A stretch of DNA of 63,184 nucleotides, filler included, from Octopus bimaculoides (Eukaryota): assembly GCF_001194135.2 (NCBI RefSeq). It is 7 parts of 7 records of this genome, joined end to end, with 100 filler letters (N's around TTAATTAATTAA, not from the genome) between each part and the next. Parts side by side here need not be neighbours in the genome. Positions count along the whole stretch, not along the records: positions 15,203 to 42,820 come from NC_069004.1; 6 more parts are not named here. One strand, 5' to 3'. Under the pieces are notes generated by a model. The model saw nothing but the letters and a program-made list of their open reading frames with translations, was not told where the DNA came from and did no database searches. Position 1 is the first letter of the stretch, and every line of letters begins with the position of its first letter. Below are positions 25,801 to 37,196 of the stretch, piece by piece. Both the position numbers and the translations under genes were made by a program.

Positions 25801-27430
25801 AATAAATTTCTCATAGCCATCCAAAATCAGAAAGAAGCCCTTCTGTCCACTCAACCAGGTTTCAGTGGCAACTATCACATCTAGATTATGCAGCTGAAGG
25901 TCATGTAGGAAATGCCCCTTGTTTCCACAATGACCCTAGACTGCACACATTTAAACACCCTACACAAACAGTATGCATGAAAAGGTTTTCCCTGGAGTTT
26001 GGAGATGGCCAGGTAGGTCCATCTCTTTCCTCCATTATTCCGGTGCTTGTGGGGTAGGGGTCACGATAAGACCCTCAAAGGTCTGTGTCATAAAATTCTA
26101 GAGGGCCTATATTATTGGGGTATTCACTTTTCAATATTTGATAGTTCATGTGATCAATTTTGTAAAGTCTTATATTTTCAGGAGCATCCTGTTGAATGGC
26201 TACTGCTGTAGGTGTCTCTTTTATTTTTGCTATAAGATGTTAAGGTTAAAGTGTAGCTTTGTTTTGAAGGCCGAGTTTTGGTGGTGTAATTTTACTGTTG
26301 TATGTTGCTTGTGTTGTGTGTTGACTTTTTTAATCCATGAAGGACTTGTGGCGGTGTTTTGGGGACTTTTTCTTTTTTCTGAGTTTTTGTTTGCCACCCC
26401 CACCCCCATGTTCTGGGGTGGTCTCATTCATTTCTACCCCCTCTTATAGACTCTACATCTGAGGGGGCTTCTTCCATTTCAGTTGGTGTAGTGTCTTTCT
26501 CTGGGGGTGGGGACATATTTGCTTTCTCGGGGTGAAGGCCACAATCTGCTCTAATGTGTTCTTTTGCCCGCATTAAGCAGCGTGGCTTCCTCCCTTTCAC
26601 CAATACTTGCAGGATGGTGTTCCCTATCTGAATCATTTTTACAATTTCCTCTAGGTTGACAACGGGTTCTTGAATGATCATTTCAAGCCCTGTGCCTGCC
26701 AGTTTTGTTGAGCTATCGCTCTTGCTTGCAGGACTGATATTTTGTTCTCTGGTGAGGTAAGAAATATCATTCCATATTGACCTCAAGCATTTTTCTACTG
26801 CTTCTCTCGAGGTATTATCTAATTTTTTATTTTCTACGCAGAACATTCTATAAATTACCGTTCTTCTTTCTGTAGTAAGGATAATTTCACTAGGAGGGGT
26901 TACTTTTATCTCTAACCCCTCCTTTTGCATCATTCCTTTGAATTTTATTAGTTTGCTAGATTCGATATTCAACGTTTTCCTGGTAACACCTGCCACAGCA
27001 GCAAAGTTTGCTTTTTTCTCTGATGTTTTATTGCTGGTTGTTATTCCGTTTGCATTAGAATTTGTTCCGTTGGTATTATTCGTTGTTTCGTTGACATTGG
27101 TCGTTTTTACATTAGTGGTGGTTGTTTCCTTGGTGTTGTTCGTTGTTCCATTAGTCATTCCATTCATTTTCACTGGTGACATTTCAATTTTAGACTTATT
27201 TGGCTAAGTAGCCATTTTTTTCCATAAAGAATAATGGGTGTTACCCCACACACATGAAAAAAAATGGGCTAACGCCCACAAACGGTTTTCAGGCAAAATG
27301 CTCTAAAATAGAGAGAGTCTTTAGGGCTAAAAGCCCAGCACACAAAATGGTTACCCCCTTAACACAAGGGGGAATAACAGTTTATACTGCTAAAAAACAG
27401 TAAATCACAGTTTTTTCCACAATAAATAAC
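22870..27430 (-). mobile_element. Tx1/L1-clade LINE copy A (ORF1 + decayed ORF2)
   Basis: ORF1 26424-27182; APE (CLNV, ATETW, DPEGRLVVLD, VAVYA); RT (KIFSKVLA, DQSNAFNRVDH, RQGRPLSPLLY, AYADD); C-terminal CPKC..ETVLYAIVQC; 3' end truncated. Confidence 0.9.
26424..27182 (-). CDS. Tx1-type ORF1 (gag-like), 252 aa open
   Basis: N/T-rich N-terminus, NFAAV motif, degenerate knuckle RCLMRAKEHIRADC; directly upstream of the APE domain. Confidence 0.6.
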   Translation of the reverse strand: MSPVKMNGMTNGTTNNTKETTTTNVKTTNVNETTNNTNGTNSNANGITTSNKTSEKKANFAAVAGVTRKTLNIESSKLIKFKGMMQKEGLEIKVTPPSEIILTTERRTVIYRMFCVENKKLDNTSREAVEKCLRSIWNDISYLTREQNISPASKSDSSTKLAGTGLEMIIQEPVVNLEEIVKMIQIGNTILQVLVKGRKPRCLMRAKEHIRADCGLHPEKANMSPPPEKDTTPTEMEEAPSDVESIRGGRNE

Positions 27431-27549
27431 ACAAATTTAACAACAAACAATTAACACACTTACTTTTGAATGTACTGCCGATAAATAACTCCAAACAAAT
27501 TTGATAGATTAAAAAAGAACTTTTTTTATTTTTTTTAATAAATTTTCAA

Positions 27550-27890
27550 AGCTTATATGCAAATGATAGTATAATGGCAGGAATGGAAGGATCTAAAGTC
27601 CACAGTCAAGAATTCAAATATTAATGAGATAAGTTTTAATAGATTTAGTTAACGGTTCTAGTTCTATATGTTCTTAGAAATGTTGAATAGAACTTATGGT
27701 TATTTCTTTTTTTTTTAGTAAGATTACAAAGTTCATAAGTAAGTGATAATATACTGGCTAGAATGGAAGGATCTAAGATTCACGGCAAGGACATTCAAAT
27801 ATTAATAAGATAAGTTCTAATAGATTTAGTTAGCAGGTTTAATTCTCTGTGTCCTTAGAAATGTTGAATAGAACTTATGGGTACATGAAG
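27550..27890. repeat. Diverged tandem duplication (~185-bp period) at the PLE 3' side
   Basis: Two copies of gaatggaaggatctaa...gaaatgttgaatagaacttatgg. Confidence 0.75.
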
Positions 27891-29382
27891 GAATCGCATC
27901 TGAAAATTTGCACAGCATATTAGCATTAAATTATTTTAGAATTAGACACGATTCCTTAATACACAATTTACATCTATCCAATCCATTTCCAAACAGGGGA
28001 GCACTGACAATTAGGAACCATGATAGATCAGACATGAAATTTCTATCTCTAAGGTTATTCACAAAGGCTGCTAAAGTGGTGGATCTTGCATATAGGGTTT
28101 GTGAAAGAATTCATGTGGGCTCTATATCTCCTTTTGAAGTCGGTTGTGCTCCCAATATATACCTTCTTCTGGCAATTTGATACAGAAACCACGCATTTAT
28201 AGACAACATTATAGTGGCGACATGAGCCTGCAGGTGGACAGGAGCCAGGGACTCTACAATTACATAGTTGATTAGATGTTACTTAGTCTGAGTCATTTTA
28301 TTTTTATTCTTGTTCTTATCCATATGATTATTATTACTATTATTCATATTGATGCTCTTATTTTTGTTGTCACTAATAACATGATTAGGCTTAAGTTTGG
28401 TAGTTGATTTCAAAATTATATTTTTATTGTTATTATCCTTAGCTATACACTTAATTCTGTTTCCATCTAATCCTGTACACAAGGTATTGTTATTAGCTAG
28501 AGTATTATGTTTATCAGTAACACGTTTAACTTTTCTCCTATTTATTGAGGCTATTATGGCTCCTAAATTCAGCATTACAAAATATGAAAATTTTACAGAG
28601 GATTTAATGCATATGGTATGATATTTATGGTGTTTAGGGAAATTTGATTGTGGAATTTTAAAGAAAAGTTTAGGTAAATTTCTAACCCTGAGAGAGAAAG
28701 CAGGGGCGAACCACAACCTCACATATTCTAGGTTTAGAATTACTGGATATATTAGGATTTTCAGAGGTAGATGGTTAATAATTATATTTATTACAATTAT
28801 TATAATGCTTATGGTTTCTCAAGCTAAACCATTCAAATTGCAATTGATTAGTGCTAAGTATATTTAATAGGCCTAATTTCCCTAAATCTACAGAATTATT
28901 AGAAGTGGTATTTGCCATCTTCATTTTTAATTTTGTATTTGGTATATAATAAATGCTTTTATCAAATCCACTTCATTTCAGTGTTGTTTAAAGATATCTT
29001 CGTTAGCTAAGTTTGAGAACCTAATAGAAATAGTTACCATGATGCTATTAATAGTTGAGTAGGGGTGGTTTGAGGATACATTGATATACTGAAGGGTTTG
29101 GTTCGGTTTCCTATACGGATAATAGAGCACATTATTTAAGAGTAAGACAATTAGCTACTTTAGGGTTGATATCAAAAATGATATCAAGGTTATAAAAATT
29201 TTTTATAATAGGGCAAAAAAGGATTTAAAGAGATTTATAAAAATTTTTATAACCTTAAAACCGGGCTCTATTATCCATATAGGAAACTAAACCAAATCCT
29301 TCAATATGTCAATGTATCCTCAAACCACCCCTACTCAACTATTAATAGCATCATGGTAACTATTTCTATTAGGTTATCAAAC
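27890..29382 (-). mobile_element. Penelope-like element (RT thumb + GIY-YIG) with foldback duplication at 5' junction
   Basis: YPYRKPN..YVNVSSNHP, WFAPAFS...VKFSY, CNCR..CP..C..VVYKC...VYIGSTT.FKRRY..H; 29011-29382 forms inverted copies of the RT segment. Confidence 0.85.
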
Positions 29383-31345
29383 GAATCAGCCATCAAGTTT
29401 GAGTCAATTAGATTCAGTAAGGAACTAGTGGCTAAGAAAAACAAAGTAAGAAGGGATTTAGTTAAGGACTAAGAAGACGCAATGAGTTCTGGCACTGCAG
29501 ACCAAGTTTTGGCAACAGGATTGGTTCTCAACCAATACCTCAAACCCAAATACAAGGGATGCTTGGTCAAAGTGAAGCTTTATGCAATGACGCAAGAAGG
29601 AATTAGGGTTGCTGGATGGGCCCGCGTGATTGAAGCTCAATGTGGCAATAGTACCACAATATGGTCCTTGACAAATCAAGGTGTCATGGTAAACGAGCCC
29701 GAGGAAATTTCTAAGGTCTTCCAGCAGCATTTTTCCCAGCTTTTCGGGATGAGTGATGGACCAGAGTTGAAGGCACTCATGGACTTCCTCGCCGGTTTGC
29801 TGTGTTTCTCGGGGCAGGATGTGGCATGCTATGACGGACTGATCACAACTGCGGAGGTGGAGGAAGCTTTGTCAGACTGTGGTGATGGTAAGTTGCTGGG
29901 ATTAGATGGTCATCACTACAAATTATATTACAGCATGTCAGACATGTTTGGGCATCTACTGGCTAGCATCTTCACCAACTGGCAGCAGAATGGGTTCATT
30001 TCTAGATCTGTATGCCGAGGGTGGTGGCACTGATCAGAAAGGACCAAAACAAGAGAGATTCTGTTGATAATTTTCAGACTATCACTCTGCTGAACAGAGT
30101 TGAAAATTTTTTCCAAGGTATTGGCAAAAATGTTGGCGAATGGCACAGATGGACTCATAGGGAAAGTGCAAACTTGTGCCATTCTCGGCAGATCCATTCA
30201 GGACAGTCTCCACCTTATACGCTATACCTTAGAGGGCATACATAAATCTGGCAAGGGTGGGGCTCTGATCTATTTACAACAGTCCAAGGCATTTGATAGG
30301 GTTGACCACCGATACTTGGTGTCGACCCACATGACATTCAGGCTGGGCCCTGTCTTCCATAGCTAGATCATTGCCATGTGTGGTAACACTGACTTGATCG
30401 TTTGGGTGAACGGCTTCCTTTTGAAGCTATTCTGCATCAAGCATTCAGTTTGTCAAAGATATCCCCTCTCCCCACTTCTTTACGTACTGCCACTTGAGCC
30501 TTTGCTGCAGAAGTTGGAGGCAATAAGGGGTGTCCCACGTGATCTGAGTTGTGGTAAGTTGGTAATGGCATATGTGGATGATATCACCATCATCGTACCT
30601 GAGGTCAAACACCTACAGATGGTAGGTGAGGCTATTAAAGAGTAAGAGGTGGTGGCAGAAGCTAAAATTAACTGTGAAAATCAGTCAGCTTACTTTTTGG
30701 CACCTGGAGAGGAAAGTTGTGGGGCGTTGGCTGGAGAGGCCAGTCAAAATGCTCGGGGTCTGGTTTGGACCAGACCTCCAGATAGAGAAGAATTAGGGTG
30801 AGGTGATGAGCAAGGTGGCCGCCCTAGCTCTGACCTGGTCTGAGCGGTGGCTTTCCTTGAAAGGGAGGGTGAAGGTTGCAAATGTATATATTGCATCAGT
30901 AGTAATTACCTACTGCCTAACTGTCGTACCTTGCCCTGATTGTTGGCTGAATAAGCTGGAAAGCATACTCCTCCGCTTCTTGTTGAAGGGCTGCGGAATG
31001 CTTGTGAGGTACTCTGTTGCCAACAGCCACTGAAGGGTGGGCTAGGGAAGCAGTGGCTAATGATGTGTAGGCACACACTGAGGCTAAGGCCTCTTTGGCT
31101 CTACCTGAAGGGTGAACACATGTGGTCTCCATTCACCTGTTCCAAAGAACGTTCAGGCCAAGACCTATGGATAACTTCCAGAGGTCCATGGCCTGGCAGT
31201 GCTTTCGAGGAGCCTTGCCTGTTCGGGATAAACTCACAAGGCATGGTGCTAAAGTTTTGCCTACCTCTCCAAGATGCGAGCAAGACTGAAACTGTTCTGC
31301 ATGCGATTGTACAGTGTCCGAAAATTATGGAGATGTGGGTATATA
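29383..31345 (+). mobile_element. Tx1/L1-clade LINE copy B (partial ORF2), inverted relative to copy A
   Basis: Homologous to reverse complement of ~23020-25130; DQSKAFDRVDH, YPLSPLLY, AYVDD, ETVLHAIVQC; extra internal deletion near 31135. Confidence 0.9.
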
Positions 31346-31430
31346 CATTATTTACATTTGACGGATATTTGTTTTCATCTTGTTTATTGTTAACACAATG
31401 TTTCGGCTGATATACCCTCCAACCATTCAA
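31346..31430 (-). mobile_element. PLE terminal-repeat fragment with 3' half of hammerhead
   Basis: gagggtatatcagccGAAACATTgtgttaac on - strand; terminates Tx1 copy B. Confidence 0.65.
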
Positions 31431-33197
31431 TTTTATTGTTCATTTAATTTTTAAAGTCGCTTTTTGTGTAAATTCATTCGTTTTCATGATCCCAAAAATC
31501 ATTGTACTGTCCACCTGTATGTTTAGCTCCTAGTGGGAAATAAATATTTTAATCTATCAAATTATTACCCTGTAAGATTTCATCACGAAGGAAACCATCC
31601 TGATGAAGGGGGGGGGGGGGCATTATGTTTCTGTATTTGGAATACTTAAAATGCCATTTATACATTTATCGTAGCCCTGAAATGGCTGTAGAAGTTATCC
31701 TTTACTCGAATTCACCTGAATCTGTATATATTTATTTCATCTACCTATTTACCCCTGAACTTTTAAATTCTCATCCAACATTTCGTATAAACATCAAATT
31801 CTTAATCGATTTGAACAGTTCCTTTTGGAAGCCCTTACCTCTAACTTTTATCTCTTTATTTGTCACTCCTCCATTCGGGACCTGAACCCAACATACATGA
31901 TGCATAGTTTTCACATATGGCTTTTACATGTAATTTTGTCCACTGATTTATATGTTGCGTGTTTCGCTGTGTGTTTTAAGTTATGCTTTGGAATTTGTAT
32001 TGATTGCCTAGATGTGTTCCTTCTATAATTTCCCTTATATATATACATACATACATATACATATGTATATACATACATACATATACGTATATATAGGTTA
32101 TGAGCGATAGTGATGTCAATTAGACCCAGAGGTTTCAGGTAATGCTGAGTAAGTGCTATGGTAGACCATAGTTCGGTGATTATGTGAATAAGGGGTCCAA
32201 CGTAGGTCATATATCAACATGTGAATATAAGGATTTACTTTTCGTAATGAGATAAAAAAAAAAAACCCATGGCTGTGTGCATTTTCGTCTTACAGCTGTT
32301 TCCAGGATATTTATTAAATCCCTTCATCTTTCTACACTCTAATACTTTTCTCTCTCTCTTTCACCCTTATCCTCCTGTTCCTACCTTCTTATTATATTCA
32401 CTGACCATTCTGGTACACTTTCCCTTATCTCTATTTTTGTATTCCTTTTTCCTTTCTTCTCTTTATTCCTTTTATTATTATCTTCTTCCTTTTTTCTTCC
32501 CCACCNNNNNNNNNNNNNNNNNNNNNNNNNNNNNNNNNNNNNNNNNNNNNNNNNNNNNNNNNNNNNNNNNNNNNNNNNNNNNNNNNNNNNNNNNNNNNNN
32601 NNNNNNNNNNNNNNNNNNNNNNNNNNNNNNNNNNNNNNNNNNNNNNNNNNNNNNNNNNNNNNNNNNNNNNNNNNNNNNNNNNNNNNNNNNNNNNNNNNNN
32701 NNNNNNNNNNNNNNNNNNNNNNNNNNNNNNNNNNNNNNNNNNNNNNNNNNNNNNNNNNNNNNNNNNNNNNNNNNNNNNNNNNNNNNNNNNNNNNNNNNNN
32801 NNNNNNNNNNNNNNNNNNNNNNNNNNNNNNNNNNNNNNNNNNNNNNNNNNNNNNNNNNNNNNNNNNNNNNNNNNNNNNNNNNNNNNNNNNNNNNNNNNNN
32901 NNNNNNNNNNNNNNNNNNNNNNNNNNNNNNNNNNNNNNNNNNNNNNNNNNNNNNNNNNNNNNNNNNNNNNNNNNNNNNNNNNNNNNNNNNNNNNNNNNNN
33001 NNNNNNNNNNNNNNNNNNNNNNNNNNNNNNNNNNNNNNNNNNNNNNNNNNNNNNNNNNNNNNNNNNNNNNNNNNNNNNNNNNNNNNNNNNNNNNNNNNNN
33101 NNNNNNNNNNNNNNNNNNNNNNNNNNNNNNNNNNNNNNNNNNNNNNNNNNNNNNNNNNNNNNNNNNNNNNNNNNNNNNNNNNNNNNNNNNNNNNNNN

Positions 33198-33256
<59 letters not shown>

Positions 33257-33550
33257 AACGTCTTCTTCCAATCTCTGTCTGCCATATCTACTCGCAAAGC
33301 TTTGGTTGGCCCAAGGCTATAGTAGAAGACACTTGCTGAGGGAGCAAACTTCTTACCAAACCATTATACCTGCACCTATACATTTAAAAAAAAACATTAA
33401 ACATTCATTTGCATATATTAAGTAATTTTTCTCGATATATTTTGGTTACAATAATTATATATTTGTCTTTGTTGAGTTTTTAAGTAAAGATCCTACCACC
33501 TCAAAAAAAAAAAAATCAAAAATGCTGCATAGATATCTAAATAAATTCAC

Positions 33551-33625
33551 CTGTAAATTTTTTATTTCTTCTTTCAAGGCTGTGATTTCATCTTCTTTAC
33601 TCAGGTAGAGGAGTCGAAATTTTTC
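33551..33625 (-). CDS. Exon of minus-strand coiled-coil protein gene
   Basis: Acceptor tttcatgtttcatgtttcattatAG, donor cag|GTGAAT; 75 nt, phase 0/0; EKFRLLYLSKEDEITALKEEIKNLQ with heptad-like pattern; lies in non-repeat sequence. Confidence 0.7.
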
Positions 33626-36198
33626 CTATAATGAAACATGAAACATGAAATAAAGTAATTGTTTAAAAAATGAATGAGTACTTAGGCATTTGTGAGAGTC
33701 CAATGCAGCTGCAATGCTAGGAATTATTTAAAGCTAATACTCCCTACTGTATCCAGAAAAGACATACTCCTGTTGTGTTCTGCAAAAGACATCCCTGCTT
33801 GGCTTAATAAGCCAAGAAGCAACGTCTTTTCCAGAACACAAAACCTAACAATAAACTACAAACTACAAAGCACTACATTATGTTTTATCATATGTTTATA
33901 TTGAGCACACCCATAAACCATCTACATAAAACAAAAATGCTAAATGTAAAAGAGTACTGTAACAAGCAAGAGGTACAGATTGTTACCACAGTAAACTTCA
34001 CCATCACAGTCCCTATCACTACATGTAAAATAACCTCCAAACAAATACCTAGTTATATATATATATATATATATATATACATACACAACAGTGGAACACC
34101 ACTACAGCCAATAGTGCCCTACAATTACTATCTGTTCCATTTACCCTAGGCAAGTAAAAAAAATATGCTCTCAGGATTTTGCTACAAAACTACCTTTGAA
34201 TAATCTTGGTAAGAGCCTAATGAGTGTTTTTACTTACCAAAAAATAATCTGGAAATAGTTGCAGTTATTGTTGTCTAATCACAGGTCAGTTCTATATCAC
34301 AGACCTATGACCAAAGATGTTGTAGCAGGGCCATAAGAGCTAAAAGGAACAGGGCAGAGTTATGCTCCCTCATTCTGTCATTGGCACTGCGATGGTTTTT
34401 CTGCTAGGAAAGAATAAAAACCCTACAGTGACAATGACCTTTCTACTTTTTTTGCCACTCTCGCTCATGAACAATTTGACTTGTCAACTGACACAGCCAC
34501 CAAGGACTGTTAGCTCACTTCGCCTTTGGCCATCACTGCAACCACATGTAGTAGGCGCATTTCCTACTCTCTTCTGTTTCAGTATCAATCACATAAGATG
34601 TAACCACATTTGTACAACTTTTATTTATTCACATTCACTTTTGTATGAACACTGTTATAAAAACTTGTTGAACTTTGACTCAATGTTGTTTGTCACACCA
34701 GTACATGAACCTTAACACAAACAAGAACATAGGATTCGTGTTTACTCTTCCCTAAAATGGTCACCCTGATGTAAGAATATTTACATTGAATATTCTCTCA
34801 ACGAAAAAAATTGTGTTGAGTCAACATGTGTCTGATTCTTCCTCACTGGTTCTATGGCAGCCTATGGGAAGCAACATCTTTTTCTTCATGCTGACCATCA
34901 TCCAACATTTTCTGTACCCAGGAGCAACATACAGCATTCTTCCTTCCCCGTTTTTAGCAGTCCATCTCCAGTTTGCTCAGGTGTAAGCTTACTTCACGGC
35001 AAGCAATATTTAGTCAAGCCAGTAGCAACTAAGCATTCTACTCAGCACCATTCCTGTTGCCTTAACCATTTGACTCAAGGATCTAATAACTGACACACCA
35101 CATGACACAACTTATGCATCCATAATTCTTCACAGGACATCTCTATCAGCCAAGTGCCATTTCGAGACCCTGGTATATGATGAACATTTGGGTGACAGAA
35201 AGCCCACGGAATTTCTTCATCATATTCGCGAACTCACAGACGAGTCCCCTGAAGACAGCTCTCTTCTAAAACAGCTATTCTTCTTGTACCTACTCTCACA
35301 TGTTCAGGCAATTTTGGTACCCATGATCGAAAGAAGTTCAGTTGATCAAATCGCAAATTTGGCCAATAAAATCATGGGATTTTCCAGAAATTTGCTCACA
35401 GCACAGCAGAGAGTTGTTGCTGCGACTTCTTCAATGATGGCTACGGCTCCCGCCAACAGCAGCTCTACTCAGTCGGTAACTTTAGAAGCCATTTTAAACC
35501 TGACCAAGCAGGTGTAGAGATTATGTTCATTCTGAAGCTTCCAGCGTCATGGTCGTTCAATCAGTCGTGGCTAGCGTCTGTTGCCCACCTCACCACATGG
35601 ATTTTGTTGGTACCATAACAGTTTTGGCATGAAAGGCGGAAATGCCTTTCACCATGTTCTTATGTGTGCCAGGAAAACTAACCAGGAAGACCCTGAGCAC
35701 ATCAGCAGCTCCCACTACTCCTAATCATGCATTTTTTGTGCTGTACTACAACTCGCATAAGAAGTTTATGGTCGACACTGGTGCTTCATGTAGAATCTGG
35801 CTGGTAAAGTTCATGACAAGTAAGCCTGTTCTCTCTCGGATTTCTCTGCAAGCTGTCAACCAATGTCCTATTGACACGTTCAGGCAGATATCTCTCTCCT
35901 TGGATCTGGCACTACAGAGGGACTTTCATAATTGCAGACCTACCCTATCCTCGAAGCAGATTTCCTCCACCACTTCTTGCTGTTGGTGGATGTTTGCCAA
36001 CAGCATTTGTTGGATAGCTCGATGTAGTCATTGATTCCTGGTCATCCAGCATCCACTCCTGTTGTAAGCCCGGTATTTTTTAGTGCTGTATCCGGTGATA
36101 CATACCATTCACTTCTCAACTCTTTCCCAGAGCTTACTGATTTAATTATTTACATTATTTACAATTGAAGGATATTTGTGCTCATATTGTTTGTTGTT

Positions 36199-36241
36199 AA
36201 CACATTTCGGCTGATATACCCTCCAGCCTTCATCAGGTGTC
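36199..36241 (-). ncRNA. Minimal hammerhead ribozyme (degenerate copy)
   Basis: GACAC-CUGAUGA-A-GGCUG..CAGCC-GAAA-U-GUGUU; 3-nt loss in stem III. Confidence 0.7.
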
Positions 36242-36995
36242 TTGGGGGAAATTTTGAACCTGGGTTCTCATTCCTAAGGTATTTTTCAATGTTGTTATTA
36301 TTATCATCATTATTATTCAGGTCACTGCCTGGAATCGAACTTAGGATCTTGAGGTTAGTAGCCCGTGCTCTTAACCACTACGCCATATGCCCGTGGGCAA
36401 TTATGGAGTGAATTTTAGGGCTTATAAATCTAATATTCTCTACTCTCTACTCCAATTATGAGGAGAAGGGAGGATGAAACCGATAAACTGTCAACAGTCT
36501 GTCTACCCTCTCCGAAAAGATACAAAACATAAGCGGCCCATATAACATCAGGACAGTATTCAAAAGTAATACAACACTTCGCAAATATCTCCTTTGAGTA
36601 AAACCACCAATAGAAGAGAATATGACCAAAAACTGCGTGTACTCCATCCCATGCAGTTGTGGTAGGTTATACAAAGGCGAAACATGCCATCCCCTCAAAG
36701 TAAGGGTAGAGGAACATTGCAAAGCTGTGACACAAGGAGATATTGATAAATCAGGTATAGTTGATCATGTATGGAAAAATAGAGACCACCTCCACCTGTG
36801 GGATGAAGTTAAAATAATAGACAGAAAACACCACTGGAAAATATGAAAACTAAAAGAACCAGCACATATGCTAGGACACAACGACCTCCTAAGCAGACTG
36901 AGTGCAGATATGAACAGCATATGGGAACTGGTATTAAGGAAGGATAGGAGAATATTAGATTTATAAGCCCTAAAATCCACTCCATAATCGCACAC

Positions 36996-37068
36996 GGGCA
37001 TATGGTGTAGTGGTTAAGAGCACGGACTACAAACACCAAGATTCTGAGTTCAATTCCAGGCAGTGACC
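36996..37068 (+). other. 73-nt tRNA-derived Pol III promoter segment inside PLE terminal repeat (mirror copy 36320-36392, -)
   Basis: A-box tggtgtagtggttaa, B-box gagttcaattcc; acceptor and T stems mispaired, so not a functional tRNA. Confidence 0.75.
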
Positions 37069-37150
37069 TGAAGAATAATAATAATAATAATAATAGTAGT
37101 AATAATAATAATAACAACAGCAACATTGAAAAAGTTCAAAATTTCCCCAA

Positions 37151-37196
37151 GACACCTGATGAAGGCTGGAGGGTATATCAGCCAAAACATTGTGTT
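37151..37196 (+). ncRNA. Minimal type I hammerhead ribozyme (degenerate copy)
   Basis: GACAC-CUGAUGA-A-GGCUG(loop)CAGCC-[A]AAAC-AUU-GUGUU; stems I and II pair; G12 mutated. Confidence 0.7.

Noticed and set aside
36320-37068. Functional tRNA genes (also SINE heads at 19835, 54938, 59480)
   Set aside because: Acceptor and T stems mispaired; embedded in repeats.
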